Origin: an uncultured Thiomicrospira sp.
GTDB lineage: Bacteria; Pseudomonadota; Gammaproteobacteria; CAKMZV01
Assembly (NCBI GenBank): GCA_965195345.1
Contig: OZ239628.1
Span: 1-64,000, forward strand
Direction of reading: 5' to 3'
DNA length: 64,000 nucleotides
Part shown: positions 50,938 to 62,132 of the stretch, piece by piece
How positions within the stretch are numbered: the first letter of the stretch is position 1
How the letters are laid out: each line of letters opens with the position of its first letter
Translations under genes and position numbers: made by a program
The notes under the pieces: generated by a model
Seen by the model: the letters and a program-made list of their open reading frames with translations, nothing else
What the model was told of the DNA's origin: nothing
Database searches by the model: none

Positions 50938-52200
50938 TTATTTGATACGTTTCATCGTTTCAAAAAATTCAGTATTGGTTTTGGTCGTCTTCATTCTATC
51001 TAGTAAGAATTCGACTGCTTCGATTTCTTCCATGCTTGAAAGAAGTCTTCGAATGATCCACATTTTTTGCAACTCTTCTGGAGAGGCTAATAATTCTTCT
51101 CGCCTTGTTCCAGAACGAATTGGGTTGATTGCTGGAAAAATTCGTCGCTCTGCAAGACGTCTATCAAGGTGAATTTCAAGGTTACCAGTTCCTTTAAATT
51201 CCTCATAAATAACTTCGTCCATCTTTGAGCCAGTATCAATAAGCGCGGTTGCCAAAATAGTAAGACTTCCCCCCTCTTCTACATTACGAGCTGGTCCAAA
51301 AAATCGCTTAGGACGATGCAAGGCTTTTGCATCTACACCGCCTGTGAGTACCTTGCCAGATGAAGGCGTTTCCGTGTTGTATGCACGAGCAAGACGTGTT
51401 ATTGAATCCATTAATATAACCACATCTTTTTTATACTCAACCAATGATTTGGCTTTTTCGATAACCATCTCCGCAACTTGGATATGTCTGCTCGCAGGCT
51501 CATCAAATGTTGAAGAAACAACCTCACCTTTCACAGATCGCAGCATTTCTGTCACTTCTTCTGGGCGTTCATCAATTAAGAGTACTATCAATTCACATTC
51601 TGGATTATTATGCGTGATCGAATGGGCTATTTGTTGCAAAAGTATAGTTTTACCTGCCTTAGGTGGCGCTACTATTAAGCCACGTTGCCCTTTGCCTATA
51701 GGAGCCACTAAGTCAATAACCCTACCGGTTAAATCTTCGCTTGAACCATTGCCTACACCCATGTACATGCGCTCGTCGGCATGTAAAGGCGTTAAGTTTT
51801 CAAACAATATCCGTCTTCGGGAATTCTCTGGTTTACTGTTATTTATTTTTTCCAGAGCATTTAATGCAAAATACCGCTCCCCATCACGTGGAGGGCGAAT
51901 TCGTCCTTCCAGCGTGTCCCCTGTTCTGAGCCCAAATCGTCGAATTTGACTTGGAGAAACATATAAATCATCCTGTCCCGCTAAATAAGACGATTCTGCC
52001 GAGCGCAGAAATCCGAATCCATCGGGAAGTATTTCAAGTACTCCTTTGCCATGTACATCATCTCCTTGACCAATTTTTGCCTTCAAAATAGCAAAAATAA
52101 TATCCTGTTTACGAATACGATGAAGGTTTTCAATATCCAAATCTGAAGCTATTTTATGAATAGCCTTTGCAGACATATTTTTTAATTCTGAAAGATGCAT
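50938..52200 (-). CDS. rho: Transcription termination factor Rho
   Basis: [24 protein letters not shown] and [11 protein letters not shown] motifs. Confidence 0.99.
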   Translation of the reverse strand: MHLSELKNMSAKAIHKIASDLDIENLHRIRKQDIIFAILKAKIGQGDDVHGKGVLEILPDGFGFLRSAESSYLAGQDDLYVSPSQIRRFGLRTGDTLEGRIRPPRDGERYFALNALEKINNSKPENSRRRILFENLTPLHADERMYMGVGNGSSEDLTGRVIDLVAPIGKGQRGLIVAPPKAGKTILLQQIAHSITHNNPECELIVLLIDERPEEVTEMLRSVKGEVVSSTFDEPASRHIQVAEMVIEKAKSLVEYKKDVVILMDSITRLARAYNTETPSSGKVLTGGVDAKALHRPKRFFGPARNVEEGGSLTILATALIDTGSKMDEVIYEEFKGTGNLEIHLDRRLAERRIFPAINPIRSGTRREELLASPEELQKMWIIRRLLSSMEEIEAVEFLLDRMKTTKTNTEFFETMKRIK

Positions 52201-52303
52201 GGTGTTTTTAATTTAAAGGGATTTTGAGGATCTTAAAGAAAAGAAACGGCTTGATAGCCTTGTTCTCACGTCTTGAAAACGGAGAAGAAAGATGATCGAA
52301 AAG

Positions 52304-52627
52304 TTATAAGTTCTCGTTTAAGAATTGAGTTAATTGTGATTTAGTAAGTGCTCCAACTTTCGTTGCAACGACTTCTCCATTGTTAAATAAAATAAGAGTT
52401 GGTATACCACGCACTTGATATTTTGCAGGTGTCTCTGGATTTTCATCAATATTGACTTTGGCTACCGTCAGTTTTCCGTCAAACTCTCCAGCTATTTCTT
52501 CAAGGATAGGAGTAATCATTTTGCACGGTCCACACCATTGCGCCCAAAAATCGACTAACATCGGTGCGCTTGACTTAACTACTTCAGCTTCAAAGCTATC
52601 ATCGGATACATTTATTATTTCTGACAT
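52304..52627 (-). CDS. trxA: Thioredoxin
   Basis: WCGPC motif; upstream of rho. Confidence 0.99.
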   Translation of the reverse strand: MSEIINVSDDSFEAEVVKSSAPMLVDFWAQWCGPCKMITPILEEIAGEFDGKLTVAKVNIDENPETPAKYQVRGIPTLILFNNGEVVATKVGALTKSQLTQFLNENL

Positions 52628-52713
52628 TACTAATCTCTTGTAGTGCTGGTAAAACTGTATGTTTTTTTCTGGAGTTATAAACCCCTCAGAAGTGTGAGGT
52701 CTCTTTTCGCTGT

Positions 52714-52742
52714 ATTCTAATACCTTATTTTAAAAAAAGCAA
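52714..52742 (-). promoter_or_regulatory. Sigma-70 promoter for trxA-rho
   Basis: Minus strand TTGCTT-N17-TAGAAT. Confidence 0.55.
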
Positions 52743-52920
52743 ACCTTTTGTATTCACTCATTGCTATTCTTCCGTTTGCATGCAAGCTATCATGACCTAT
52801 TCTCATAGCATACGTAGCACTTGTAAGAGCCAAACCAGTGCATTTGTTGCTGATTTTTATGATGATAATCGAAATTTATGCATCTTTGTTCGCATAAAAA
52901 CATTTTTCACTACTTTTTTA

Positions 52921-54681
52921 TTAATTGGCATCATAGATGCGAATGCTTTTTTCATCTAATTTTAAATCAAGAGTTTCACGCATTTTCTGAAAACCCACAT
53001 CTTCTTCAATCATCTTTAAAGCCTTACCTTCCAATGTGTCGTTCAAGGTATTCTCGACTTCAACAAGAGCAATAAATTCAAGCTTGATTGCTTTTTCAAA
53101 TTGTGTGTTCAACTGTTCAACGATCTGCTTTTTTTGGATATCATTACACATATCAACATACATTTGCTTCAATCCTAATTTGAGCAACCCATCTTCTGAT
53201 AATTCTTTAAACTGACTATTGCGCAAATATTGCCAAACAATGTTTGAAAAAGCCTTTCGATTACTTTGCAACCAATCACCCCAGTTGTTTCCATTTAAAT
53301 CTGGAAGAGAGTGTTTCTTTGCCTGTGAATTAAGGTCTGAATTTTCCTCAACTGATTTGACTTTTAAATCGTTTTCACCTGCATTGTTGGATTTTTGAGT
53401 TGTCTCTGATTGAGAAGGCTCTGTTGCATTGGTCTTTAATGACTGAGAGGCAGTGCCTTTTTGATCTGGTGAATTTGTACTTTCTTGCTTAAAGCTAAAG
53501 CGTGCAACGTTTTCAGTTTCTTTTTTACTGTCTTGATTAGAATCCGTCCCGTGCTTGTTATCCGTTATTAGCTTAGATTTTTTTTCTTCATCAGGTCTAA
53601 AAGCAATCAGTCTAAGTACCAACATTTCAAACGACACTTTAGGATTTATTGCCGATGCAAGGTCAGACTGTCCCTTTTGCAATAGATCATAAAATAATTG
53701 AATCTCCTCAGCCTTTACTTCTTGACTCTGAGATACGAGGGTTTCCGCCACACCAAATCGCATAAGTTGCATTGCTGGCTTTCCCAGATGCTTAACCAAT
53801 GCTAACTGATGAACCCACTCTATCAAGCACTTCAACAAATTGACGCAATCGCCACTTTGGTGAAACATGTTTTGGGTTATCTCAATAGCTAATTGTCCAT
53901 TTCTATCGATCACTGCTTGAATTAACGCGCTAACATAACTCTCTGCAACTAATCCCAACATGCCGTGCACTTCCTCACTCTTAATCGTTCCTGCCCCAAG
54001 AGCAATGCTTTGATCGAGTAAACTAAGCCCGTCACGAATACTACCGTCAGCGGCTTGAGCAATCCACTCTAATGCCTTTTTGTCATCGCATTCAATTTTT
54101 TCTTCGCTTAATATTTTTTCAAACAATCCCACTATGGCACTTTTTTCTACTCGCTGTAAACGTAACTGCATGCACCGAGATAAAATAGTCACTGGCAATT
54201 TTTCAGCGTTTGTAGTGGCTAACAAGAATTTCACGTGCTCTGGAGGTTCTTCCAAAGTCTTTAACATTGCATTAAAACTTGATTTAGAGAACATATGAAC
54301 TTCGTCAATCAAATACACCTTGTATTTTCCTGAAGTAGGAGCATATTGCACATTCTCAAGAATTTCACGTGTATCGTCGACTCCTGTTTTTGAAGCGGCG
54401 TCTATTTCAATCAGGTCAGGGAACGAACCTGCATTAATAGACTTGCATGCCATACATTCGCCACAGGGAGTGCTACTAACACCTTTCTCACAATTCAACG
54501 CTTTAGCAAGTAGTCTTGCAAGCGTTGTTTTACCAACTCCTCGAGTGCCTACGAACAAATAGGCATGATGCAATCTCCCACTATTGAGCGCATTGCTTAA
54601 TGCCTTTACAACAGAATCTTGCCCTACCACTTCATCAAAGGAAGTAGGTCTCCATTTTCTTGCTAATACTTGGTAACTCAT
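52921..54681 (-). CDS. dnaX: DNA polymerase III subunit gamma/tau
   Basis: MSYQVLARKWRP, GTRGVGKTT, DEVHM and SRC motifs; low-complexity linker and C-terminal tau domain. Confidence 0.98.
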   Translation of the reverse strand: MSYQVLARKWRPTSFDEVVGQDSVVKALSNALNSGRLHHAYLFVGTRGVGKTTLARLLAKALNCEKGVSSTPCGECMACKSINAGSFPDLIEIDAASKTGVDDTREILENVQYAPTSGKYKVYLIDEVHMFSKSSFNAMLKTLEEPPEHVKFLLATTNAEKLPVTILSRCMQLRLQRVEKSAIVGLFEKILSEEKIECDDKKALEWIAQAADGSIRDGLSLLDQSIALGAGTIKSEEVHGMLGLVAESYVSALIQAVIDRNGQLAIEITQNMFHQSGDCVNLLKCLIEWVHQLALVKHLGKPAMQLMRFGVAETLVSQSQEVKAEEIQLFYDLLQKGQSDLASAINPKVSFEMLVLRLIAFRPDEEKKSKLITDNKHGTDSNQDSKKETENVARFSFKQESTNSPDQKGTASQSLKTNATEPSQSETTQKSNNAGENDLKVKSVEENSDLNSQAKKHSLPDLNGNNWGDWLQSNRKAFSNIVWQYLRNSQFKELSEDGLLKLGLKQMYVDMCNDIQKKQIVEQLNTQFEKAIKLEFIALVEVENTLNDTLEGKALKMIEEDVGFQKMRETLDLKLDEKSIRIYDAN

Positions 54682-54714
54682 TTTTAATACTCTATTGATT
54701 TTGCCTTCCAAACA

Positions 54715-55257
54715 TCACTCTTTTATTATTTGAATCGCTTCTTGAAGGTTGCAAATGTGGTGTTCGACAATGTCACTGGTTGGTGCCTTGTTGTTGAACA
54801 AAATATTTTTTTTAATTCCAGCTGCCAAAGCCGCCTCAATATCGTGCACGCGGTCACCAATAATCCAAGATTGACCTATATCAATATTATGCTCTCGAAT
54901 CGCTTGTAAGAACATCCCTGATTTTGGCTTGCGGCAATTGCAATCTATTTTATATTTATCATTTCCAAAACTGGGATGGTGAGGACAAAAATACACATCT
55001 AAAAAGGAAGCTCCGTTGTTTCGAAATTCTTGCATCATCCAGTCAGTCAACTTCCAAAATTGAGTCTCATCGTATAGCCCACGAGCAATTCCAGATTGGT
55101 TTGTAACCATGATCAATTCATACTGACACTTTTTGAGGTGCGCACACAAAGAAAAAATACCATCAATAAATTGGCATTGATCCACCTCATGCAGATAGCC
55201 CGTATCCACATTTATAACACCATCCCTGTCAAAAAAAACCACTTTTTTATCTGCCAT
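54715..55257 (-). CDS. gmhB: D-glycero-D-manno-heptose 1,7-bisphosphate phosphatase
   Basis: FDRDGVIN, TNQSGIARG, CPHHP, CNCRKP and GD motifs. Confidence 0.92.
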   Translation of the reverse strand: MADKKVVFFDRDGVINVDTGYLHEVDQCQFIDGIFSLCAHLKKCQYELIMVTNQSGIARGLYDETQFWKLTDWMMQEFRNNGASFLDVYFCPHHPSFGNDKYKIDCNCRKPKSGMFLQAIREHNIDIGQSWIIGDRVHDIEAALAAGIKKNILFNNKAPTSDIVEHHICNLQEAIQIIKE

Positions 55258-55274
55258 ATACTACGATAATGTGT

Positions 55275-55310
55275 TTGCTATATAAATTTTATAGAGTACA
55301 ATACGCCCGC
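55275..55310 (+). promoter_or_regulatory. Stable-RNA-type promoter of tRNA-Lys
   Basis: TTGCTA-N16-TACAAT followed by the GC-rich discriminator ACGCCCGC. Confidence 0.65.
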
Positions 55311-55339
55311 TTTCGAAGAACAAATTTCTTTGATTCTAT

Positions 55340-55415
55340 GGGCCGTTAGCTCAGTTGGTAGAGCACCGGACTTTTAATCCGTTGGTCCCGCGTTCGAGCC
55401 GCGGACGGCCCACCA
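55340..55415 (+). tRNA. tRNA-Lys(TTT)
   Basis: GGGCCGTTAGCTCAGTTGGTAGAGCACCGGACTTTTAATCCGTTGGTCCCGCGTTCGAGCCGCGGACGGCCCACCA; 76 nt, encoded CCA. Confidence 0.97.
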
Positions 55416-55425
55416 CCCCTCTGAC

Positions 55426-56508
55426 TTATCTTCTCAGCTTCGATTTTGCTTGCGTTTTAATTCTATAACCAAAACGCACCAAACGCGCATAAACTAGTAA
55501 ATAAAGCGTAATAAAGCCTAACAATCCTACTAGCAATAATCCTGTACTATCCCAAAAAACAAGCGCCCAAATTGAAGGGATTATAGAAAAAATCCATAAT
55601 AACGGTGAAGTTAATGAGTTCTGCATGACTTGCGTAATTAGGGATTTTCTAAATTTAGCGCGAACAATTCTTTGATAGACCAACATATGTAAATGCACTC
55701 TATCGGGCAAACTGGGAGACATATTCCGCACTATTTTTTTACGATAGATAGCAAATAGTGTTTCGATAATTGGATAAGCCATCACCATAAAACCGAACCA
55801 AGGAGACACTTCCTCGTGTCTGTTTACGGTTAATACCGCAATTTCAGCCAACCAAAAACCCAGAAAATATGCTCCCCCATCACCACAAAATATTTTCCCA
55901 AAGGGATAGTTCCATAACATCAAGCCGATGGTGGATGCTACTCCCAACAAGCAAACATTAACCAAAAATCCATCTCCTAACATGTAATTTAATAAAGCGA
56001 AAGTCACAAATGCTAACAGGCAAAATCCAAGCATCAAGCCATTGTATCCATCAATTATATTAACCGAATGGGCAACCCCACCAACTGCAAAAGCTGTAAA
56101 GATCAGTGAAGCAATCGTGAAATAGGCGAATAGTTCATTAAAACCAACCACGCCAACGCGTCTTAATTCAGCATCGACAAGCCAAAAAGCCATGCCTGCT
56201 GAAAAAAAAGTGCAGATCAGCCTCCAAAATGGTGACACCTTATGAGTAAAATCTTCTGCAATTCCACCAATGAACGCAATGGAGCCTGCCATCCATAAAA
56301 GCACCACAGCATCATTTGACGTAAGCAACGCACCCACGCCTACGCTTACAAAAACAGCCACCCCACCTATGCGAGGAGTGGGCGCCGTATGAAATTTTTG
56401 TGCCCCTTTCAGCTCTTTATCTATTCCTATATCTATTCTATTTGCTAAATAGATAACAGCCATATTAACCAAAAAACATACTACAAGGACTGTCGCCAAA
56501 ATCAACAT
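55426..56508 (-). CDS. MraY/WecA-family polyprenyl-phosphate sugar-1-phosphate transferase
   Basis: PTPRIGG, NIIDGYNG, GKIFCGDGGAY and DRVHLH motifs; multi-TM. Confidence 0.9.
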   Translation of the reverse strand: MLILATVLVVCFLVNMAVIYLANRIDIGIDKELKGAQKFHTAPTPRIGGVAVFVSVGVGALLTSNDAVVLLWMAGSIAFIGGIAEDFTHKVSPFWRLICTFFSAGMAFWLVDAELRRVGVVGFNELFAYFTIASLIFTAFAVGGVAHSVNIIDGYNGLMLGFCLLAFVTFALLNYMLGDGFLVNVCLLGVASTIGLMLWNYPFGKIFCGDGGAYFLGFWLAEIAVLTVNRHEEVSPWFGFMVMAYPIIETLFAIYRKKIVRNMSPSLPDRVHLHMLVYQRIVRAKFRKSLITQVMQNSLTSPLLWIFSIIPSIWALVFWDSTGLLLVGLLGFITLYLLVYARLVRFGYRIKTQAKSKLRR

Positions 56509-57626
56509 TGTTCAATGACCTCATCGATTTTTTTAAACACACAAGAATTAAGGAAATTCGCTTGTACACGCAACAAAGCAGATTTTCCATAGCTTTCCGT
56601 CAAATCAGAGTGAACATGCAACTTTTTCATTGCCTCAGCAAAATCTTCTTTACTGCCAGGAGGAACGGTAAGCCCTGTTTCTTCATGAATTGATACCCAA
56701 GGAACTCCAGATTGTAGGTTTGTATTAATAATGGGCTTTGCAAAAGCCATCGCCTCTATTTGCGTAATTCCAAAAGCTTCACTGTTTCGTGTAGATGGAA
56801 ATAAAAAACAATAACAAGTACTCTGTAGCCATTTTTTTTCCAACTCTGAAACAAACGCACTTACAAAATAAAGATTCGGATATTGTTCAACACAATCAAT
56901 AACTTGTTGACTACACTCGCCACTGCCTGCAATTATTACTGGTCTATCACAATCCTTAAAATAAATATCTAACGCGCCCAACAATACTTCAATCCCTTTA
57001 TAGTAAGACAATCTTCCCAAAAAAAGCATTCCATCAGATGGAACAGCTCTTCCTTTTATATCAAAAATATCACAACATTCAACATTTTCAGTGTAATCAT
57101 CCGCTATAGAAAGAGGAATAACTTCTTTTGATATATTGGGGACACCTTTAAAGTCAAACATTTGTTTAAGCTGAGGCGACGTAAAGATAATTCGGCTCCT
57201 TTTGAGCATATTCTTAGTGAATGGCGCAACTAAAATTTTTAAATATTTTTGACGGACAATATTACTGTGCCAGTGCACTAAAATCGTTTTTGCTGACACG
57301 AGCCACTGCATTGCATCAAATAGCGGGAATGGATAGTGAAAATAGATAACATCGTTTTTCTTCTCCAACGCAATCAATCGCCAACAAAACGAAACAGAAA
57401 TCGGCATTGCTCCCATTTTCAACGCCCCTGCTCTTATGATATTGACACCATCAGCTTTTTCAAAAGTTGTCTTCCAACCTTTGGATTGACAACACAACAC
57501 CGTAACTTTATGCCCCTGAGCACTAAAATAATTAGCATACTGTTGCGCTACTACCTCAACTCCACCAATCCACGGCGGATAAAACTTAACAACAATCAAT
57601 ATTCGCTTTGGCTTTATTGTCGCCAC
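56502..57626 (-). CDS. GT4 (GT-B fold) glycosyltransferase
   Basis: YPPWIGGVE, FLGRLSYYKG and EAFGITQIEAMA (EX7E) motifs. Confidence 0.9.
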   Translation of the reverse strand: MATIKPKRILIVVKFYPPWIGGVEVVAQQYANYFSAQGHKVTVLCCQSKGWKTTFEKADGVNIIRAGALKMGAMPISVSFCWRLIALEKKNDVIYFHYPFPLFDAMQWLVSAKTILVHWHSNIVRQKYLKILVAPFTKNMLKRSRIIFTSPQLKQMFDFKGVPNISKEVIPLSIADDYTENVECCDIFDIKGRAVPSDGMLFLGRLSYYKGIEVLLGALDIYFKDCDRPVIIAGSGECSQQVIDCVEQYPNLYFVSAFVSELEKKWLQSTCYCFLFPSTRNSEAFGITQIEAMAFAKPIINTNLQSGVPWVSIHEETGLTVPPGSKEDFAEAMKKLHVHSDLTESYGKSALLRVQANFLNSCVFKKIDEVIEQC

Positions 57627-57958
57627 CGCTCAACCTCAATGGTTGCTGACTTAGGATTCCCCGCGACGATAACCGACTTGTGAATGCGCACGCAAACCTT
57701 CTCCAAACAGTCTTTTTGTAGAAGCCAAGTGGCAATATCTTCAACCAACTCCTCAATCAGTCCAAAAGCACTATGTTTGTAACGGCTTTGCAACTCTTCG
57801 GCCAAGTTGGCATAATCAACTACAGGATTATTATTCAACAGTAATGCACTCAAATGCATCTCAATATCAATATCAACTTTTTGCAGATTTTTTCGTTCCC
57901 AATCATAAACGCCAATATATAAAATCAGTTCAATACTGTTAAGAAACAATTTATTCAC
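57614..57958 (-). CDS. folB: Dihydroneopterin aldolase
   Basis: IGVYDWER, VDYA, LIEEL and IHK motifs; GTG start at 57958. Confidence 0.88.
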   Translation of the reverse strand: MNKLFLNSIELILYIGVYDWERKNLQKVDIDIEMHLSALLLNNNPVVDYANLAEELQSRYKHSAFGLIEELVEDIATWLLQKDCLEKVCVRIHKSVIVAGNPKSATIEVERWRQ

Positions 57959-57959
57959 T

Positions 57960-58424
57960 TTAATCAACGCCTTCGGATGAGTGCCAGCGCAATGCTGCTT
58001 GAATATCTTTCTCCCGCTCTCCAACCCATCGCTCACCATGCTCAGTAATTTCTTTTTTCCAAAAAGGCGATTGTGTTTTTAGATAATCCATAATGAATGC
58101 ACAAGCTTGTAATGAGTCTTCTCTGTGTTCAGCGCACGCAGCAACTAATACAATCTTATCTCCAGGGTTAAAATGACCAATTCGGTGAATAATGAGCGTT
58201 TTTTTGAGCGACCAGCGCTTACAAGCTTGCACTTCTATTTTTTCCAAAGATTTTTCTGTCATCCCTGGATAGTGTTCAAGCCATAGTTCACTTACGCTGT
58301 CACCCAAATTAAAATCGCGCATTAAGCCAATAAAAATACCTACCGCCCCGATAGCGAGGTCCCCATCACACAAACTTGCTAATTCCGCACCCGTATCAAT
58401 ATCACCACTTTGCACTTTAACCAT
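57960..58424 (-). CDS. moaE: Molybdopterin synthase catalytic subunit
   Basis: [14 protein letters not shown] and [14 protein letters not shown] motifs; start 58424. Confidence 0.95.
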   Translation of the reverse strand: MVKVQSGDIDTGAELASLCDGDLAIGAVGIFIGLMRDFNLGDSVSELWLEHYPGMTEKSLEKIEVQACKRWSLKKTLIIHRIGHFNPGDKIVLVAACAEHREDSLQACAFIMDYLKTQSPFWKKEITEHGERWVGEREKDIQAALRWHSSEGVD

Positions 58425-59475
58425 TATCGCCTTTGTTCGAAAATTCATGAATAGCATTTAACATAACCGTCACTTTCTCTGGCTTTACTCGTGGTGTGAT
58501 TCCGTGCCCCAAATTAAAGATGTGTCCTGGCTCCCCTGAATACGCTTGTAAAATTCGTTGAACTTCACTTATTATCGATTCATCGCTGCCTAACAGTACG
58601 GACGGATCCATATTCCCTTGCAAAGCAACTTTGTCGCCCACACGTCTTTTGGCATCCTTCAAATCAACAGTCCAATCCAGTCCAATTGCGTCTGCACCGC
58701 TATCGGCCATTGATTCAAGCCACAACCCACCACCTTTGGTAAATAAAATAATCGGAATTGAAGCATCAGTGATGTTTTGAATAATTTTTGCCATAGGTGC
58801 TAATGAAAAATCCTCATATGCAGCATGACTTAGCAAACCACCCCACGTATCAAAAATTTGTACTACCTGTGCACCAGCTTCAATCTGTGCATTCAGATAC
58901 GCAATAACACTTTCGGTCAAGATCTGCAATAAATCATTCAGCGCCTGTCTATCGGAATAAATCATTGACTTGATCGTGGCAAAATCTTTGCTGCTACTTC
59001 CTTCCACCATATAACAAGCCAATGTCCATGGACTACCACTGAACCCAATGAGTGGTAACGTTGTTGACAACCCTTGCAGCGACGATGAAATCGTCCTAAC
59101 AGCCTCCATAACATAGCCCAAATCAGTCTTCATATTAGGAACTTTAAGCGCATTTATGCTCGATCGATCTCGTACAGGGTATGAAAATTTTGGTCCCTCA
59201 TTCTCTACAAATTGCAAACCTAATCCCATCGCATCAGGAATAGTCAATATATCAGAGAATAATATAGCTGCATCCAAATGCGGAAATCGTTTCAATGGCT
59301 GTAAAGTCACTTCGTTTGCAAGCTGAGGGTTACGACAAAGAGACATGAAGTCGCCTGCTTGACCTCGAGTCATACGATATTCTGGCAAGTATCGACCTGC
59401 TTGACGCATGATCCAAACAGGAGTGCGATCGACAGCCTGCCTGTTTAACGCTTTTAAAAACCGTGTATTATTCAT
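58417..59475 (-). CDS. hemE: Uroporphyrinogen decarboxylase
   Basis: [20 protein letters not shown] and FNLGHG motifs. Confidence 0.99.
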   Translation of the reverse strand: MNNTRFLKALNRQAVDRTPVWIMRQAGRYLPEYRMTRGQAGDFMSLCRNPQLANEVTLQPLKRFPHLDAAILFSDILTIPDAMGLGLQFVENEGPKFSYPVRDRSSINALKVPNMKTDLGYVMEAVRTISSSLQGLSTTLPLIGFSGSPWTLACYMVEGSSSKDFATIKSMIYSDRQALNDLLQILTESVIAYLNAQIEAGAQVVQIFDTWGGLLSHAAYEDFSLAPMAKIIQNITDASIPIILFTKGGGLWLESMADSGADAIGLDWTVDLKDAKRRVGDKVALQGNMDPSVLLGSDESIISEVQRILQAYSGEPGHIFNLGHGITPRVKPEKVTVMLNAIHEFSNKGDNG

Positions 59476-59492
59476 TTATATATTTATTCATA

Positions 59493-60287
59493 TTAGTTCA
59501 CATTCTCTACTACATCGAACATAGCAGGATGAAGCAGATCTAAAACTGCACGCCCCTTATACCAATGATAGTATCCATTTGCGCTCACCCATTTCATATT
59601 CAAGTTATGCGGCTTTGTCTCGTCAAACCATTTCCAATTATCTCGTTTAATACGCAAACTAATCAATCCTCGCAAGTTAATCCAAACCGATTTTTTGGTT
59701 CGCCGTACATCTACAACTTCCCCTAAAATGCGAATAAACCCACTGCCTTTGTGCCGTCGCACACCGATATTTTTTGCAAGCACCTCGACGTTCTTCGTAT
59801 TTTCCCACATCCCAGCACGCTGTAATCTTGCATTATTACGTGATTTCTTGTAACACTCTACTTTTTCAACATTAGGAGGCACAATTAATAATTGTGCTAA
59901 GCCTTTTCGCAGCAACTGTGCATTAAGGTTTACCCCTTTCTCATTGAATACATGAGCCAATAATCGACCATATCGATCAACGCTTGCTGTGGATGTTTCA
60001 AGCACAATGACTTTCTTTTCCCCTATCATCTCCTCAAGCATTCTCTTTGCCTCAATCGCAAAAGGTTGATGCTTCTTTAGGTGGTTTTTTTTATTTGCAA
60101 GCTCTCGAGCATTTATGCCCAACAGACGAACAGACCGCCCATCACGAAGATGGACAGTATCACCATCAATAACTGATTTAATACGTACCGTTTCGCCCAC
60201 CTTCAGCGGCATACATTCAGCGCTCTCAAAAGCAAAAACAGCTTGACAAAAGAAAACCGCCCCAATTAGAAGAATTTTCCTAATCAC
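59493..60287 (-). CDS. Secreted thermonuclease (SNase) family protein with C-terminal OB-like domain
   Basis: Signal peptide; VIDGDT, VRLLGINARE and DRYGRLLA motifs. Confidence 0.88.
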   Translation of the reverse strand: MIRKILLIGAVFFCQAVFAFESAECMPLKVGETVRIKSVIDGDTVHLRDGRSVRLLGINARELANKKNHLKKHQPFAIEAKRMLEEMIGEKKVIVLETSTASVDRYGRLLAHVFNEKGVNLNAQLLRKGLAQLLIVPPNVEKVECYKKSRNNARLQRAGMWENTKNVEVLAKNIGVRRHKGSGFIRILGEVVDVRRTKKSVWINLRGLISLRIKRDNWKWFDETKPHNLNMKWVSANGYYHWYKGRAVLDLLHPAMFDVVENVN

Positions 60288-60319
60288 GAGGCGGTTAAAA
60301 AAACCGGATAACTCGGTAT

Positions 60320-60562
60320 TTATTCCATCCCATATTTTTCAAGGAACTTCTCTACACGACCTTGTGTCTTACCAAGGTTTTGCTTACCTGTATAGAAGGG
60401 ATGTGATGCTGAACTAACCTCTACGCGAACTAAAGGATACGTTTTCCCATCGAGCTCAATCGTTTGATCGGATGATAGTGTTGAACGAGTTACAAAGGTA
60501 TCTCCAGTAGAGATATCTTGAAAAACAACTTCTGCATAATTTGGATGAATTTCTGAGTTCAT
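60320..60562 (-). CDS. rpmE2: 50S ribosomal protein L31, type B (Cys-free)
   Basis: [22 protein letters not shown] and GRVEKF motifs; no cysteines. Confidence 0.95.
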   Translation of the reverse strand: MNSEIHPNYAEVVFQDISTGDTFVTRSTLSSDQTIELDGKTYPLVRVEVSSASHPFYTGKQNLGKTQGRVEKFLEKYGME

Positions 60563-60591
60563 AAGGCTACTCCTTTAAATTTGGCGGTGCA

Positions 60592-61950
60592 TTATACAAC
60601 ATTACAATGCATCTCATCAACCAACTCGCCTCTGAGTGAATTAGAAAAAGCTTCTGTGATTGTTACATCAACAAAAGTACCTATAAGCTCTACTGAACCT
60701 GGGAAATTAACGACTAAATTATTTTCTGTTCTGCCTGCTACTTCATCAACACTTTGTTTGGACAATCGCTCAACTAATACTGTGTACGTGCAACCAATCA
60801 TATTTTTAGCCACTTGCATTGCTTGGGCACTTAACAACTCTTGAAGTTGGTACAAACGTTTCTTCTTAACTTCCAAAGAAGTGGTTTCTAATAAATCAGC
60901 TGCAGGCGTGCCTGGGCGTGCGCTGTATAAAAAGCTAAATGATCTATCATAATGCACTGCCTCAACCAAAGCGATGGTCTTTTCGAAGTCTTCCTCTGTT
61001 TCTCCAGGGAAACCAACAATGAAGTCGGACGATAGGGTAATATTAGGCCGCACTTGGCGCAGTTTTTTAATAATTTGCTTGTATTCAAGCACTGTATGAT
61101 TGCGCTTCATTTTTTGCAGTATCGCGTCAGAGCCCGATTGAACAGGCAAATGCAAATGACTCACCAGTTGCGGCACATCACGAAAACAATCAATTAGGGA
61201 TTGGGTCATCTCTATAGGATGCGAAGTAGTAAAGCGAATCCGATCAATGCCCTCTATGTAGGAGGCATGCTGAATAAGTGTCGCTAGATCAACCTCTTCT
61301 TGCAACCCGTATTGTCCCCTGTATGCATTAACGTTTTGCCCTAAAAAAGTGATTTCTCTAACGCCTTGATTCGCCAACGCTTGCACTTCATTCATCACCT
61401 GCTCATAAGGTCTGCTTACTTCTTCTCCGCGCGTGTAGGGAACAACACAAAAAGAACAATACTTTGAGCACCCCTCCATGATTGACACAAATGCACAAAC
61501 CCCACTAACCTCATGTACAGGTAAATGATCAAATTTTTCAATCTCAGGGAATGAAATATCTACAAGCGCAACCTTTCTATTTTCATTGCGTGCTTCAAGC
61601 ACATCATCAATCATCGCAGGTAAACGATGTAATGTTTGAGGACCAAAAACCACATCGACCCAAGGAGCACGTTTACGTATAGCGCTGCCCTCTTGTGAGG
61701 CAACGCATCCACCAACACCTATTACCCTTCCTTCGCCTTGATTTTTCCAGTTCTTCCAAACGCCTAACTGATCAAAAACTTTTTCCTGTGCCTTTTCTCG
61801 AATTGAACAGGTATTCATCACAATAACATCTGCGTCATTTGCATCTTCAACCAACGCCAATCCATGTGTTTTCTTGAGCAATCCAGCAATACGCTCAGAA
61901 TCGTATACATTCATTTGACAACCGTACGTCTTAATGTAAAGGCTTTTCAT
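60592..61950 (-). CDS. miaB: tRNA-2-methylthio-N6-dimethylallyladenosine synthase
   Basis: [24 protein letters not shown] radical SAM motif and a TRAM domain. Confidence 0.98.
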   Translation of the reverse strand: MKSLYIKTYGCQMNVYDSERIAGLLKKTHGLALVEDANDADVIVMNTCSIREKAQEKVFDQLGVWKNWKNQGEGRVIGVGGCVASQEGSAIRKRAPWVDVVFGPQTLHRLPAMIDDVLEARNENRKVALVDISFPEIEKFDHLPVHEVSGVCAFVSIMEGCSKYCSFCVVPYTRGEEVSRPYEQVMNEVQALANQGVREITFLGQNVNAYRGQYGLQEEVDLATLIQHASYIEGIDRIRFTTSHPIEMTQSLIDCFRDVPQLVSHLHLPVQSGSDAILQKMKRNHTVLEYKQIIKKLRQVRPNITLSSDFIVGFPGETEEDFEKTIALVEAVHYDRSFSFLYSARPGTPAADLLETTSLEVKKKRLYQLQELLSAQAMQVAKNMIGCTYTVLVERLSKQSVDEVAGRTENNLVVNFPGSVELIGTFVDVTITEAFSNSLRGELVDEMHCNVV

Positions 61951-62132
61951 TTGTCTTTTATGGGTGTAATCACGTTTGGAAAGTGTTGTTTAAGTTGGGA
62001 AATATCCCTATTCAGGTGATGCTCAGGTAGCGCCATTATACCTAATGAATAAAATTTATATCACCGCGTAGCTGCGTTCGTTCAGTCCACTAGCAAAAAC
62101 AAATATCTCAGTGCGTCTCTTAGTCAACTTCA

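Noticed and set aside
52858-52876. Fur-box-like TATGATGATAATCGAAATT
   Set aside because: Only 13/19 match in AT-rich DNA and far from the trxA promoter.
12495-55312. 13-mer AATACGCCCGCTT shared by the hairpin at 12495-12507 and the tRNA-Lys promoter at 55300-55312
   Set aside because: Two copies in unrelated contexts, each explained locally; not a REP family.
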